Source of the DNA: a virus
Reading direction: 5' to 3' (one strand)
IMG/VR virus record: IMGVR_UViG_3300036766_000806
Coordinates: 1-64,000 of that record
Length of the DNA stretch: 64,000 nt
In this document: positions 19,407 to 30,077 of the stretch, piece after piece
How positions within the stretch are numbered: the stretch's first letter is position 1
How the letters are laid out: each line of letters begins with the position of its first letter
The notes under the pieces: generated by a model
Told to the model about the DNA's origin: nothing
What the model saw: only the letters and a program-made list of their open reading frames with translations
The model's database searches: none
Position numbers and translations under genes: made by a program

Positions 19407-20693
19407 ATGAGTTGGTTTACTGTAGGAGATGAATATTGTTCTATTCATGAAATGACTATTCACATGAATGGAGATTGTTGTGCTTGCAGTGATGAACGGG
19501 AGAAGAAGAAAATGAACGAAGAAAAAAAGAGACTTGAGGATGGATTGTGCCCAAGGTGTGGGCTTCCTATACATCCATGTATTCCTTGCGAGGAAATAAT
19601 TGCTTACAATAACCATACCGATTCGGAATATATTCAATTGCTTGAACTTATCCTTAAAGAAGGCAGGAGAAAAAAGAACCGCACAGGAATTGATACCATT
19701 GGTATATTTGGTGCTATGGCAAAGTTTGATGTAAGTAAAAATGCTTTTCCTATTCTTACTACCAAGAAAATACATTTCAAATCCATTGTCCACGAACTGT
19801 TATGGTTTCTCAAAGGAGATACGAATATCAAGTATCTTGTGGATAATGATGTCCATATATGGGATGAATGGGCATATAAACGTTATGTGGATTGGTATAA
19901 CAAATTACGAACTGATACACTTGATTTTTCTCAAAACTTTTCTGGTAAAGAACCTGAACAATACACTCAAAACGAGTTTATACAGAAAATTAAAGAAGAT
20001 GCTAAGTTTGCTGAGCAGTGGGGTGAACTTGGTAAAGGTACTTATGGCAGTATGTGGAGAGATTTTCCCGTTGACCACGTTGAACCAGGAAGCCATCATG
20101 TTCTCGGAGTGGATCAAATAGCGACGATTATAGATAAACTCAAAACTAATCCGGATGATAGAAGAATGATCGTCTCTGCTTGGCATCCTTATTGGGTTAA
20201 TCATTGCGCCCTTCCTCCATGTCATTGCTTTATGCAGTTCAACACGGAAGAGTTAACGTTTTCTGAAAGATGGAATATAGCAATAAAAAGAAAATTAGTT
20301 CCCGATGTAAGTTGGGAAGGTGAAGCATATAACCAAGAGAAGTTTGATACACTAAACATTCCAAAACGCCGTATCAATCTTCTGATGCTGATCCGCAGCA
20401 ACGATATGTTCTTGGGCGCTCCTTTTAACCTAACGTCCTATTCATTACTGATTGCTATGGTCGCTCACTGCGTAGGAATGGAACCGGGGACTCTGACCTA
20501 TACAATCGGAGATTGCCATTTGTATGTCAATCATATGGAACAGGTCAAGACACAGTTGGTGAGAACCCCCAGACAGCTTCCCAAACTCTGGCTTAACCCA
20601 GAAGTAAAGGATATATTCTCATTCAAATATGAGGATATAAAGTTGATTGACTATAATCCACATCCTGCTATAAGAGCGCCAATTGCTGTATGA
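19407..20693 (+). CDS. thyA: thymidylate synthase with Cys-rich N-terminal extension
   Basis: RTG, TTKK..ELLWFL, LPPCH, RSND..G.PFN, GDCHLY and terminal PIAV motifs. Confidence 0.95.
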   Translation: MSWFTVGDEYCSIHEMTIHMNGDCCACSDEREKKKMNEEKKRLEDGLCPRCGLPIHPCIPCEEIIAYNNHTDSEYIQLLELILKEGRRKKNRTGIDTIGIFGAMAKFDVSKNAFPILTTKKIHFKSIVHELLWFLKGDTNIKYLVDNDVHIWDEWAYKRYVDWYNKLRTDTLDFSQNFSGKEPEQYTQNEFIQKIKEDAKFAEQWGELGKGTYGSMWRDFPVDHVEPGSHHVLGVDQIATIIDKLKTNPDDRRMIVSAWHPYWVNHCALPPCHCFMQFNTEELTFSERWNIAIKRKLVPDVSWEGEAYNQEKFDTLNIPKRRINLLMLIRSNDMFLGAPFNLTSYSLLIAMVAHCVGMEPGTLTYTIGDCHLYVNHMEQVKTQLVRTPRQLPKLWLNPEVKDIFSFKYEDIKLIDYNPHPAIRAPIAV

Positions 20694-21112
20694 AAGAGCT
20701 TAATCCATATTCTGAGGGCGATGACGGTAAGCAATATTTTGATGATGAAGTTGCTCTTTCTATCCTATTAAAAGACGAAATCCTTTTCTGTAATGAACGT
20801 AAATATGTTGATTGTAGAGACGGAGGATCAACCATAGTTCTTTTCGTTATTTGTAATGATATATTTGCATGGGGTTTTGCCGATGGTGAAGATTTGCCTC
20901 TCGGTGAAGTTGAAAAACTTTACAATATGCATAAGAAAGATTCCCAATGGGGATCAACAAAATGGTGTTGTTTTCGTCGTAAAGAAAAACCTCAAACTCC
21001 CGTGGAGAAAATGATGAAAAAAGATGGATCTTGGGATGAGGATATGGAAAAGTTGCCCGAAAATCACTACGACAAAATGTGTAGGGAAAAACAAGAAATG
21101 AAGAAAGTATAA
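20690..21112 (+). CDS. hypothetical phage protein
   Basis: 140-aa ORF with CNDIFAWG motif; ATGA overlap. Confidence 0.7.
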   Translation: MKELNPYSEGDDGKQYFDDEVALSILLKDEILFCNERKYVDCRDGGSTIVLFVICNDIFAWGFADGEDLPLGEVEKLYNMHKKDSQWGSTKWCCFRRKEKPQTPVEKMMKKDGSWDEDMEKLPENHYDKMCREKQEMKKV

Positions 21113-21740
21113 ATAATAGACATGAGAAGTTTACAAACAGATGTAATGATAGCACTAGCCGGTGATGATCAATATATCACCGCTTTTCAGCACGAAAAAA
21201 CTCACAAGTGGCATGGAGTTTTGATGATAAACCATCCTACTCCTTCTGGATGTGAACGCTGGATGATGGCATACAGCGATAAAAGAGGATGGAAAACGCC
21301 AAAACAAGCAATGGATAAATTCGTAGCGGTCTCTCCCGAATTCCAAAAAATCAAACGATCTGATTCTACTTGACTTTTGATTCGAAGTGTAGTATATTTT
21401 AGATATATGGGTTACTACATCAACGAAACAAAAAACGGTCCTCTTGGAGCACTCGGCAAAGCCGACAGGATTATTCAAGATGAAAATGCGATTGAATTAC
21501 ACTTTCCTCCCCCGATATTTCCTCAAGATAAAGCAGTGATATGCGTCGTTTCTAATGGTCCTTTCGATGCGGCGGCATTTGCTTATAGCGAGGAAGAAAT
21601 GGATTATTTCAACGATCCCAATGATTATCGTCCAAAACGATGGCTTCTAATGAACTTGGACAGAGCACGCTTTCTTACTGGATACAGCAAATAAATCTGC
21701 TTGACTTCATTCTTGAAGTGGGATAGAATACTACTCAACT

Positions 21741-22268
21741 ATGAAGAAGTATATTCAGAAAAAGTTGTCCAAGTTTTATGTCAAAATTGATCGAACTGAA
21801 CGAGAGTACATCACCCGAGAACGAGATCACACCGATGAATGGGATGCTGATGATATAGCATGGGAAAATACCATTCGTGGTTTTGAAGTCGTGGACAAAC
21901 ATGGAGGATGGGATTTTGTATTGAATGAAAATCCCACGGGTAAAACCTATTATCTCGTTTATGCTCTTTATTCAACGGGAGATACTTTCCATCATGAGGA
22001 ACATCGTCTTTGCTTAGTCAGCATGTTTGCTCATATGGAAGATGCTAAGGCAGTTCTCAAAGCCATTGAAAAAGATTACAATAGTTATGACCGCTACGCA
22101 GCATGGAACCAGGTCAAACCCTTATCTGTAGTCCTTCCCAAAGACGGTCGCACCGAGAATATTTACACGGGCACCTGGAAAGGATATTTCGAGAGGTTGG
22201 AACAAGTTTGTATCGAGAGCATTGGAAGCGGCAACAGCAAACTGAAAGTTACATTTAATCGCTGGTAG
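21741..22268 (+). CDS. hypothetical phage protein
   Basis: YSTGDTF..WKGYFERL motifs; promoter at 21701-21729. Confidence 0.7.
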   Translation: MKKYIQKKLSKFYVKIDRTEREYITRERDHTDEWDADDIAWENTIRGFEVVDKHGGWDFVLNENPTGKTYYLVYALYSTGDTFHHEEHRLCLVSMFAHMEDAKAVLKAIEKDYNSYDRYAAWNQVKPLSVVLPKDGRTENIYTGTWKGYFERLEQVCIESIGSGNSKLKVTFNRW

Positions 22269-22281
22269 TAAGATATCAAAT

Positions 22282-22842
22282 ATGAATTACAATTATCTAA
22301 ATAGACTCCATCAATATTGGAGGAAGGAAATTTTTCCTCATCTCAGTCACCGATACCATGTTGCTTCTTTCGACGATTATTTGCGGAAATTCTCTTTTCT
22401 ACCGAGCGGAAAATGGTTGCAAACATTAGAAAAAGTCAAACTTGCCAAAACCATTTTTCTGGTTGATCCAAAAAAATTTGTAAAAAAATATAAAGATGTT
22501 TGTATTACTTATAATGCACCCAGCAGACCTGAGGATGGATTTCAACGGATTATCTATCAAATTTCTCCGACTTTACATGTTGAAGCAGCACTATGGTTGT
22601 GGATAGAACATGAGATTCTTCAAGCTTATATTTTAACATTTTCCTGTTATCATGAGGAAATCGAATATCTCGAATTTTTGGATGAAATCTATAAAATGCG
22701 CCGGGAAGGTAATACTGAGGAAAAGGCTCCCGGTGGATTTGCCGAATTTGTAAAAACGGCGTCGGCAGAGAAAAAAACGAAGCCGAGTTTTGCCAAAGGC
22801 GAAAATGGAGAGCACTTGACAAATGGAAAAAATGGTGTATAA
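22282..22842 (+). CDS. hypothetical protein
   Basis: 186-aa ORF in operon context. Confidence 0.6.
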   Translation: MNYNYLNRLHQYWRKEIFPHLSHRYHVASFDDYLRKFSFLPSGKWLQTLEKVKLAKTIFLVDPKKFVKKYKDVCITYNAPSRPEDGFQRIIYQISPTLHVEAALWLWIEHEILQAYILTFSCYHEEIEYLEFLDEIYKMRREGNTEEKAPGGFAEFVKTASAEKKTKPSFAKGENGEHLTNGKNGV

Positions 22843-23049
22843 TGCCTTCTATGAAACGAAAAATTACAGTCACATTTGAAATGGAGCCAACCGAATATTT
22901 TGATGCTGAGGATTCGGAAAAGGGAGCCGTTGATTTGGCTATGGCCATGCTAAACCGGGAAGCTGATCTTCCATATGAAACAATGGAAATAAGCTGTGGT
23001 AGCGTGACCGAGAAGCATACCTTCGAAACTCTCGTTCGTTAGACTCATC

Positions 23050-24267
23050 ATGAATCAGCCAACTCTATTCAAATTTGAGTTGCCGACGTTGTATGCCCGC
23101 TCTAAGACGGGGGCTGTGTTGACCTGGGATATCGAAATCGAAGGCAACAAGTACCGTATGATTACGGGACAGGAGAACGGGGCCAAAATTATTTCCACAT
23201 GGACAATTGCCGAGGCCAAGAACGTAGGGCAGAAGAACGAAACTACACCCGAAGAGCAAGCCCAACTAGAAGCTGATTCCAAGTGGAAAAAGAAGCTGAA
23301 ATCTGGTGGTTATTTCGAAGATGTCAAAGACATTGATAAGCCCCTTGCCTTCATTGAGCCAATGTTGGCTCATCCTCTTATTAGCAAGAAAACTGACAAG
23401 AAAACTGGTCGAACAATCATTGTTGATCGCACTTCCTATGTCAAGTTGCCTGTGATGGTTGACCGCAAGTACAATGGGATGCGTCAAGTTGCTTCTGCGG
23501 CTGGCCCATATACTCGCAAAGGGGAAATTGTTAAAACTGCCCCCCACATTTACGATGCTCTTACTACTCTTTTTGAAAAGATTCCCTCTTTAGTACTGGA
23601 TGGCGAATTATACAATCACGATCTTCGTCATAAGTTAAATGAACTCATCCATATTGTTCGTACTAACGCCGACCACAAAATCACTCCCGAATTACTTGCA
23701 GAAAGTGAACGGATTGTGCGATATTATGTGTACGATGGATATGGTTTTACTATTTCTAATGGCACCGAAATTACAGAGAATACGCCTTGTAAAGATCGTC
23801 GGGATGCTCTTAAGATTTTATTGAAAGATACTCCTTATATTGTGGTTGTTCCATACTTCATAGCGACAACTATGGATGCTGCAAAGGAACTTTATGGAGA
23901 TTTTATTGATGATGGTTATGAAGGAGCAATTCTTCGCAATGCCGACGCTCCCTATCAGCATTTTCGCACTAATGACTTGATCAAAATCAAGCCATTCGAT
24001 GATATGGAAGTCGTTATTCTTGATGTTATTGATCCTGGCTCCGGCAATTGGGGCGGCACAGGAAAAACTGCCAACGTCCGTATGGATAGCGGGAAGGAAT
24101 TCACCGCCACGTTCAAAGGTGGGCGAGATACCGTCATTAAGATTCTCAAAGAAAAGGATAGGTGGATTGGTCAGAAAATAACTATCACTTACAATGGATT
24201 TACTGGTAAGGGCACTCCTTGTCACGCTCAAATTGATCCCAATAACTGTCTCGTAGGAGATCGATAA
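23050..24267 (+). CDS. ATP-dependent DNA ligase
   Basis: PMLA, motif I KYNGMR, DGELY, YVYD, YEGAILR, LIKIK and a C-terminal OB-like region. Confidence 0.9.
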   Translation: MNQPTLFKFELPTLYARSKTGAVLTWDIEIEGNKYRMITGQENGAKIISTWTIAEAKNVGQKNETTPEEQAQLEADSKWKKKLKSGGYFEDVKDIDKPLAFIEPMLAHPLISKKTDKKTGRTIIVDRTSYVKLPVMVDRKYNGMRQVASAAGPYTRKGEIVKTAPHIYDALTTLFEKIPSLVLDGELYNHDLRHKLNELIHIVRTNADHKITPELLAESERIVRYYVYDGYGFTISNGTEITENTPCKDRRDALKILLKDTPYIVVVPYFIATTMDAAKELYGDFIDDGYEGAILRNADAPYQHFRTNDLIKIKPFDDMEVVILDVIDPGSGNWGGTGKTANVRMDSGKEFTATFKGGRDTVIKILKEKDRWIGQKITITYNGFTGKGTPCHAQIDPNNCLVGDR

Positions 24268-24615
24268 TATATGAGTATGATATTCTCAGAAAATAATCCC
24301 GAAGAACTTATAAGTGATCTTATCAGATTAGAAAGAGAAAATCGTGAGCTTAAAAGACTTCTTAACGGAGCTATGGAAATTCGTGGAAAAATTGCTGAAT
24401 TAGTGGAAGATCATGGGCAATATCGTGATTTAGTGGAAGCAGTAGAAATGAAAATTCTTTCATTAAAATCAAACAAATAATTAGAATGGTGATAAACATA
24501 TGATATTATTAGCTGAATCACTTAGTTGGCCTAATGCAATTGTGTTTTGTGTAGTTATTATTTGCATAGCCAGTGTTTTCATGGGCAAATGGCCTTGGGA
24601 ACGAGACTAAAAAAC

Positions 24616-24693
24616 ATGAAAAATGTGAGTGTAAAAAAATCCAAGCCTCGATTCCATTTCCCGCATAAGCTGTACATTCTTATGCGGAATGAT
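24616..24693 (+). pseudogene. possible N-terminal remnant of a PTH2-like peptidyl-tRNA hydrolase
   Basis: KLYILMRND resembles the PTH2 N-terminal strand; similarity stops where the HNH cassette begins. Confidence 0.4.
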
Positions 24694-24743
24694 GTCTTAA
24701 AATATTTTGGTATTTATCATTTCTCATTGATATTTACGAGTAT

Positions 24744-25316
24744 ATGTTTACTCGTAAATGTCCCAAATGTGATCGTGAACTGACTTACAAGCAAAAGAGT
24801 CAGGTCATAGAAGCAATAAAAAACAACAGAAAATGTGCATCATGTGCAACAACACGAGTAGGTCTCAATACAAAATGCGATCACTGTGGAAAAATGTTCT
24901 ATCGCAGACCAAGCGATATGCGAACTTTGAACTTTTGTTCACAAAAATGTCGAGGAGAATATTACACCGGAAAATTTAAAGGGAAGAATAGCCCGTCATG
25001 GAAAGGTGGTCCAGAAAAATCTCAAATAAGAGAAATAAAAAAGCAGCGTGAAAAACGAGCCGAGCTAAAAAGAAAAGGAATAGAATATTTCGGCGGGAAA
25101 TGTCAAAATTGCGGATATAATAAATGCATAACATCATTAGATTTTCATTATCCAGATCCTTTTAAAAAAGATGAGGATTTCAACAAAAAATGTGAAAAAT
25201 CGTGGGAGGTAATGAAATCTAAAATAGAAGAATGTCTCCTTTTATGTAAAAACTGTCATACAGAGTTACATTGGAATGAACGACAAAAAATGTATGAAAA
25301 GGAAATCACTTTATAA
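24744..25316 (+). CDS. HNH homing endonuclease with zinc ribbons
   Basis: CPKC, CDHC, FCSQKC, NSPSWKGG, CQNCGY..LDFH..LLCKNCH.ELH. Confidence 0.85.
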   Translation: MFTRKCPKCDRELTYKQKSQVIEAIKNNRKCASCATTRVGLNTKCDHCGKMFYRRPSDMRTLNFCSQKCRGEYYTGKFKGKNSPSWKGGPEKSQIREIKKQREKRAELKRKGIEYFGGKCQNCGYNKCITSLDFHYPDPFKKDEDFNKKCEKSWEVMKSKIEECLLLCKNCHTELHWNERQKMYEKEITL

Positions 25317-25761
25317 TCGGAAAAGACATTGGTATCATATCTCAACAACACTAAAATATAAATATGTTAAACTTATTCCGTGGAGTGAAAAGAAAGCTGT
25401 AAATCGAAGTTCAAGTGAACCCAACGGAAGAAGAATATGTGTTGCCCCGAGTATAGAACAATGTATCACGGCTATTCCATATTATCCGGAAGAAATTTTT
25501 AGTATTTATCGTACCCAAAAACGAGTTGATGCCGAACCCGCAATTGACATTTTCGATTCCAATGTGACTCAAGAGGGATGGTTACATACACCAACTGAAT
25601 TTATGAAGATAGGAATATTAAAGTTCAAAAATATTGAGGAAAAACTGGATATAGATCAAGTAATAGATGAATCAGCATCGGGAGATAATCTGAAATATTG
25701 CAGAGAAGTTTTGAAATGGTGGCAAAAAGCCAAAGTCAAGCGTTTTATTAAAAAGGCTTGA
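25294..25761 (+). CDS. hypothetical phage protein
   Basis: WYHIS..RICVAPSIEQC..TQEGW motifs. Confidence 0.65.
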   Translation: MKRKSLYNRKRHWYHISTTLKYKYVKLIPWSEKKAVNRSSSEPNGRRICVAPSIEQCITAIPYYPEEIFSIYRTQKRVDAEPAIDIFDSNVTQEGWLHTPTEFMKIGILKFKNIEEKLDIDQVIDESASGDNLKYCREVLKWWQKAKVKRFIKKA

Positions 25762-25795
25762 CAATTGCCTTCCGATACTCTATGATATTAACACA

Positions 25796-26419
25796 ATGAC
25801 CAAATATTTGCATATAGACTGTGAAATGGGCGGTAGGGGTTTGAAGTATTCCCTGCTCACCGCTTATTTCTTGGTTACAGATGACAATTTCAATAAGTTA
25901 GGCGAATTGTATCTTCATATCAAACCTGATGATGGGGATTATGTCGTTAGTGGTCAAGGAATGTTGATTAATAAAATCAATCTTCAAGAGCACGATAAAA
26001 TTGCTACACCCTATAAACAAGCCAAACCACTTTTGTATGATTTTCTCGCCTCTCATGGACATTCTCATTCATTAACTCCTGTTGGTCATGGAGTAAAAGG
26101 AGATATTGAGCACATCATTGATAAACTTATCTCCCGAGGTTCATGGGAACAATTCTGCACTTATCATTATATTGATACGAGTGTAGTATTGCAATTTCTT
26201 CGTGCTTGTAGCTATATGCCAATGGATCAAGACGGGAGTATCGAAGCATTAGCAAAGTATTTTAATGTTGAAATTAAGGGTAATTTACACGATGCTCGTA
26301 CCGATGCAATAACTACGTCTGAAATATTACAAAATTTCATAGAATTAGTAACACGAAATACCGAGAGTGATTTACCTACATTTTCTACTAAAGGAGTAAG
26401 CGGAACAATAAAGTTATAA
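25796..26419 (+). CDS. DEDDh 3'-5' exonuclease
   Basis: IDCE, GHGVKGD, IDT and HDA..DA motifs. Confidence 0.85.
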   Translation: MTKYLHIDCEMGGRGLKYSLLTAYFLVTDDNFNKLGELYLHIKPDDGDYVVSGQGMLINKINLQEHDKIATPYKQAKPLLYDFLASHGHSHSLTPVGHGVKGDIEHIIDKLISRGSWEQFCTYHYIDTSVVLQFLRACSYMPMDQDGSIEALAKYFNVEIKGNLHDARTDAITTSEILQNFIELVTRNTESDLPTFSTKGVSGTIKL

Positions 26420-26420
26420 A

Positions 26421-27125
26421 ATGCTACTAAACGTAAAAGAAACAGAAGAGCAGAAAATCTATATTACTGCTGATCCCCACCTGGGACACCAGCGAGATTT
26501 TGTATGGGAAGCTCGTGGTTACGCAGATTGGAAGGCTCACGATAAAGGTATTATTGATACCATCAATTCGATGGTACGTCCGACCGATATTTTGCTACTT
26601 TTAGGAGACATCTGCCTCAATACTCCACTTTCTCAATTTGAGGAATATTTATCTCGTATTCAATGTCAAAACATCTGGACAATGTGGGGTAATCATAATA
26701 ATCCTCATAAAACAAATGTTTATCGTAAAACAGTAGATGCCACCTATCCTGCTTCTAATTATCCATTTCCCACCGAGGTCTATCCGTGTAAATATAAAAA
26801 CCTGATTTATCTTGGTTATTATGTGGAAGCGGTGTTAAATGGACAATTTGTGATTCTATGTCACTATCCTATTTCAGTTTTTAACGAAATGCAACATGGT
26901 GCATGGATGCTCTGCGGACACTCTCATTATGGCTATCCTCTTGGTACTAATGCCTATGTGACTGTTGAGGTCGCAAAGGCATTGGCCACTGGATTCCAGA
27001 ACATTCGGGGATATCTCTCGAATGATATCAAAATCAACACTTTGTCAGGCAACTTTGTGGAAGCTTTGACATCTGTTATGGGCAGGGCACCCGGAACTCC
27101 AACCGCTACCCCTGTCACAAAATAA
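26421..27125 (+). CDS. calcineurin-like metallophosphoesterase with an atypical C-terminal tail
   Basis: ADPHLGH, LGD, GNH, CHYP and GHSH motifs. Confidence 0.85.
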   Translation: MLLNVKETEEQKIYITADPHLGHQRDFVWEARGYADWKAHDKGIIDTINSMVRPTDILLLLGDICLNTPLSQFEEYLSRIQCQNIWTMWGNHNNPHKTNVYRKTVDATYPASNYPFPTEVYPCKYKNLIYLGYYVEAVLNGQFVILCHYPISVFNEMQHGAWMLCGHSHYGYPLGTNAYVTVEVAKALATGFQNIRGYLSNDIKINTLSGNFVEALTSVMGRAPGTPTATPVTK

Positions 27126-27222
27126 GCGTTTAGACGCTATAATAAGTTGACTGTTTATCCCCTTCGGTGTATGATAAGTGCATCGGAGGGGATTGTGTTT
27201 TTCCCCAAAGGATTTATCAAAT

Positions 27223-27513
27223 ATGGATTATATTCCAACAGTTCAAACTTCTCCACCAGCAGCACCCGTTGCACCTAGTTACGAGCTTAAAACAGATGTT
27301 ACGGGGAAACCTCCGCCAAAGCGTGGCCCTCAGATATTAAAAGCGGTGAAGCCTTATGAAGAGGATGGAGAAAAAAAGAATAAAATACTTGAGTTCAAAG
27401 TACCATATCCTCCTAAACCAAATTGTAAGTATTGTTACGGCAGAGGATATATTGGATTTGAAGCTGATACAGAAGAGATAGTACCTTGTAGAAAGTGTTA
27501 TCCACTGAAATAA
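27223..27513 (+). CDS. hypothetical protein with CxxCxGxG zinc finger
   Basis: CKYCYGRG..PCRKC. Confidence 0.6.
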   Translation: MDYIPTVQTSPPAAPVAPSYELKTDVTGKPPPKRGPQILKAVKPYEEDGEKKNKILEFKVPYPPKPNCKYCYGRGYIGFEADTEEIVPCRKCYPLK

Positions 27514-27516
27514 GAT

Positions 27517-28203
27517 ATGGCTAAAAAACTCATAGGAGTCACCGAGAGAGGCGATCCCGCCTTAGACCATAGTTGGCTACCTTGGGTGTGAGATGGTAAG
27601 CCTGCGGTTGTTATAACAAAGAATTGTGTAGTGATTGAGAAGTTATTATCTGAATTGATGATGCCTAATGTAATCGTTCATTGTAGTATTACTGGTTGGG
27701 GTGGATCAGTACTCGAACCTAATATCCCGGCTCCAGAAATTACTCTGGCAGCATATAAATCATTAAGTGGTTGGCTCGGTGAGGATAGAATTGTATTAAG
27801 AATAGATCCTATAGTGGTAAGTATTGAAGGGTTTACAAAAGCAACAAAAATTGCTGCTCATAAAATAGGAAGGATGAGAATATCATTTTTGGATGTTTAT
27901 CCTCATGTTAAAAGAATATTTAAGGAGAATAATTTGGCAATACACGAAACATTTCATGCTCCTGAAAATATTCGTAAAGAAATGTGGATCGAACTAGGCA
28001 AACCAGAGACATGTGCTGAACCAGGATTGCCAAGTGTAGGTTGTATTAGTGAAGTGGATTGCAAGATTCTCGGTGTAGAACCCAAACCACTTTTTAAGGG
28101 CCAACGTCCTCTATGTACATGTTTGGCCAACAAATTTGAGCTTCTAACAAAAAAAGAGCCATGTGGTCATGGTTGTCTCTATTGTTATTGGAAAGGATTC
28201 TAA
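27517..28203 (+). pseudogene. DUF1848-like Fe-S protein with an in-frame TGA at 27589
   Basis: GVTERGD, ITK, SITG, LRIDPI and CGHGCLYCYW motifs; one internal stop. Confidence 0.7.
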
Positions 28204-28204
28204 A

Positions 28205-28789
28205 ATGAACAAGATACTTGAAAAATATTTTATAAAAATATATCCTAGAATTTTCGTGGATATGTATGGAGACCCAAAGAAAACATGCATGTGGGAAGGC
28301 ATATCGACCGGCGATGGTTGGTTCTTTCTATTAGATGGTCTTTGTTCTGAAATCCAATGGCATATAGACTATCGTGCTGAGTTAATTTCCAATGGTTATC
28401 AGAACTTCGGTGAACAAATCCCTCAGTTTGTGGCCAAGCAAATAAAAGAAAAGTTTGGGCGATTAACAATATATTATGATGGCGGCAACGAAACTATTCA
28501 TGCTTGGGTAGAAATGGCCAGATCTCTTTCTCATAATATTTGCGAAAATTGTGGAGCAATGAATCAACATGTCGGGCGAGTAACTAAAGGATGGATTCAA
28601 TCTTTATGTTCTACTTGTGCTAAAGAATATGGCAAGAAAATTGTTCAAAGAAAAGACATGTTGAATTTGTGGAATAAAGTAGTAGAAAGCCGTCATAATC
28701 CAAAACGTAGCTGGAAAAGTGCAGATGAATTAACTAAAGAAGATTTCGAACCTTTTAGATCAAAAAAACAAAAGAAAGAAAAAAAGTAA
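28205..28789 (+). CDS. conserved hypothetical phage protein
   Basis: GDGW..QIKEKFG.L..ICENCG motif. Confidence 0.75.
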   Translation: MNKILEKYFIKIYPRIFVDMYGDPKKTCMWEGISTGDGWFFLLDGLCSEIQWHIDYRAELISNGYQNFGEQIPQFVAKQIKEKFGRLTIYYDGGNETIHAWVEMARSLSHNICENCGAMNQHVGRVTKGWIQSLCSTCAKEYGKKIVQRKDMLNLWNKVVESRHNPKRSWKSADELTKEDFEPFRSKKQKKEKK

Positions 28790-28790
28790 T

Positions 28791-29270
28791 ATGAATGATG
28801 AAGAGAAAAAAGCATTTGATGAATTTTTCAAAGTAGATACATTAAATGAAGTATGTGATGAAGTTCTTGGGAAAGAGCTTCCCACGGAAAAGGAGATTAA
28901 CAAAATGCTAAAGGAAAAGAATGTAGAAATACATTATGAAAATGAAAATGAGAATGAAGATCCTGTTGATCTGGATGATCTTCTCAAGGAGCTTGCCGCC
29001 GATGAAAAAATGGAAGAATTGGAAGAGAAAGAAGTTAGAGAAGGTGTAGAATTCAATCGGAAAGTTCAAGAACTAGAAAATTTTGCCGCCAGGGAAAGGA
29101 AAAAAGATATAACTCGAAAAGACCCTCTTCGAAAAGGATGCCCCGTATGTGGTGAGAAAATGGTGATTATTCGTGGTAGATACTCGGGTAATGATAATAG
29201 AATTGTATGCCTGGTTTGTTTAGCAAATCAAATGGATATGATACGAGAAATATTAGATCCATCTTATTAA
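28791..29270 (+). CDS. acidic hypothetical protein with C-terminal zinc ribbon
   Basis: Glu/Asp-rich region followed by CPVC..CLVC. Confidence 0.55.
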   Translation: MNDEEKKAFDEFFKVDTLNEVCDEVLGKELPTEKEINKMLKEKNVEIHYENENENEDPVDLDDLLKELAADEKMEELEEKEVREGVEFNRKVQELENFAARERKKDITRKDPLRKGCPVCGEKMVIIRGRYSGNDNRIVCLVCLANQMDMIREILDPSY

Positions 29271-29501
29271 CAAGCATATCAAAAAATATGGATAATATAT
29301 CTATATATCACTCCCGAAAAAAGTTTTATGGAAAACTGATATATTGGTATGAGTTTTATGTAGATAAAACGGTTCCCATACCTCCAAAATTTTTACAAGT
29401 TCCAGCCACCATTTATTATGAATATGGTGGGACTCATAAGGAAGCACTAAAAGATCTAAAAGCAAGCAAATTTTATATTATAAAAGGGGAAGAATTATAA
29501 T

Positions 29502-30077
29502 ATGAATTTTGTCGATCTTACAGGAAAACGATTTGGGAGATTGATAGTATTAGAAAAAAATTCTATCAACAATTCATCTGGTCACATTAGATGGCGATGT
29601 AAATGTGATTGTGGCAATGAAAAGGTAGTGACTGGGTATGACATGCGAATAGGTCATATAAAATCTTGTGGATGTTTTCGAAAAGAAAAAAATTGTCAAA
29701 GAAATAACAATTTTCATCCTTCTTGGAATGGGTACGAAGGTATGTCAGGAACACAATATAATGTAATACGAGCAAATGCACGGCGAAGGCATATTATTTT
29801 TAATGTAAGCATAAAATATTTATGGGACTTATTTCTAAAACAAAATAAAAAATGTGCTTTAACTGGAATCCCTCTTATATTCGAAACTCGTTGTGCTGCT
29901 TGTGATGGAAATGCATCCTTAGATAGAATCGACTCATCCAAGGGTTATATTGAAGGTAATGTTCAGTGGACTCACAAGGAAGTTAATGTAATGAAATTAA
30001 ATCATGATTTAGATCATTTTGTAGAATTATGTAGGAAGGTGGTAGAATATTATGATAGGAATAAAAAAATCGTTTAG
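29502..30077 (+). CDS. HNH-like homing endonuclease
   Basis: DLTGKRFGRL..CKCDCG..SCGC, QNKKCALTG and SLDRIDS.KGY..GNVQW motifs. Confidence 0.85.
   Translation: MNFVDLTGKRFGRLIVLEKNSINNSSGHIRWRCKCDCGNEKVVTGYDMRIGHIKSCGCFRKEKNCQRNNNFHPSWNGYEGMSGTQYNVIRANARRRHIIFNVSIKYLWDLFLKQNKKCALTGIPLIFETRCAACDGNASLDRIDSSKGYIEGNVQWTHKEVNVMKLNHDLDHFVELCRKVVEYYDRNKKIV

Noticed and set aside
19407-20693. Group I intron or intein in thyA
   Set aside because: The reading frame is continuous; insertions are short and lack intein or intron hallmarks.
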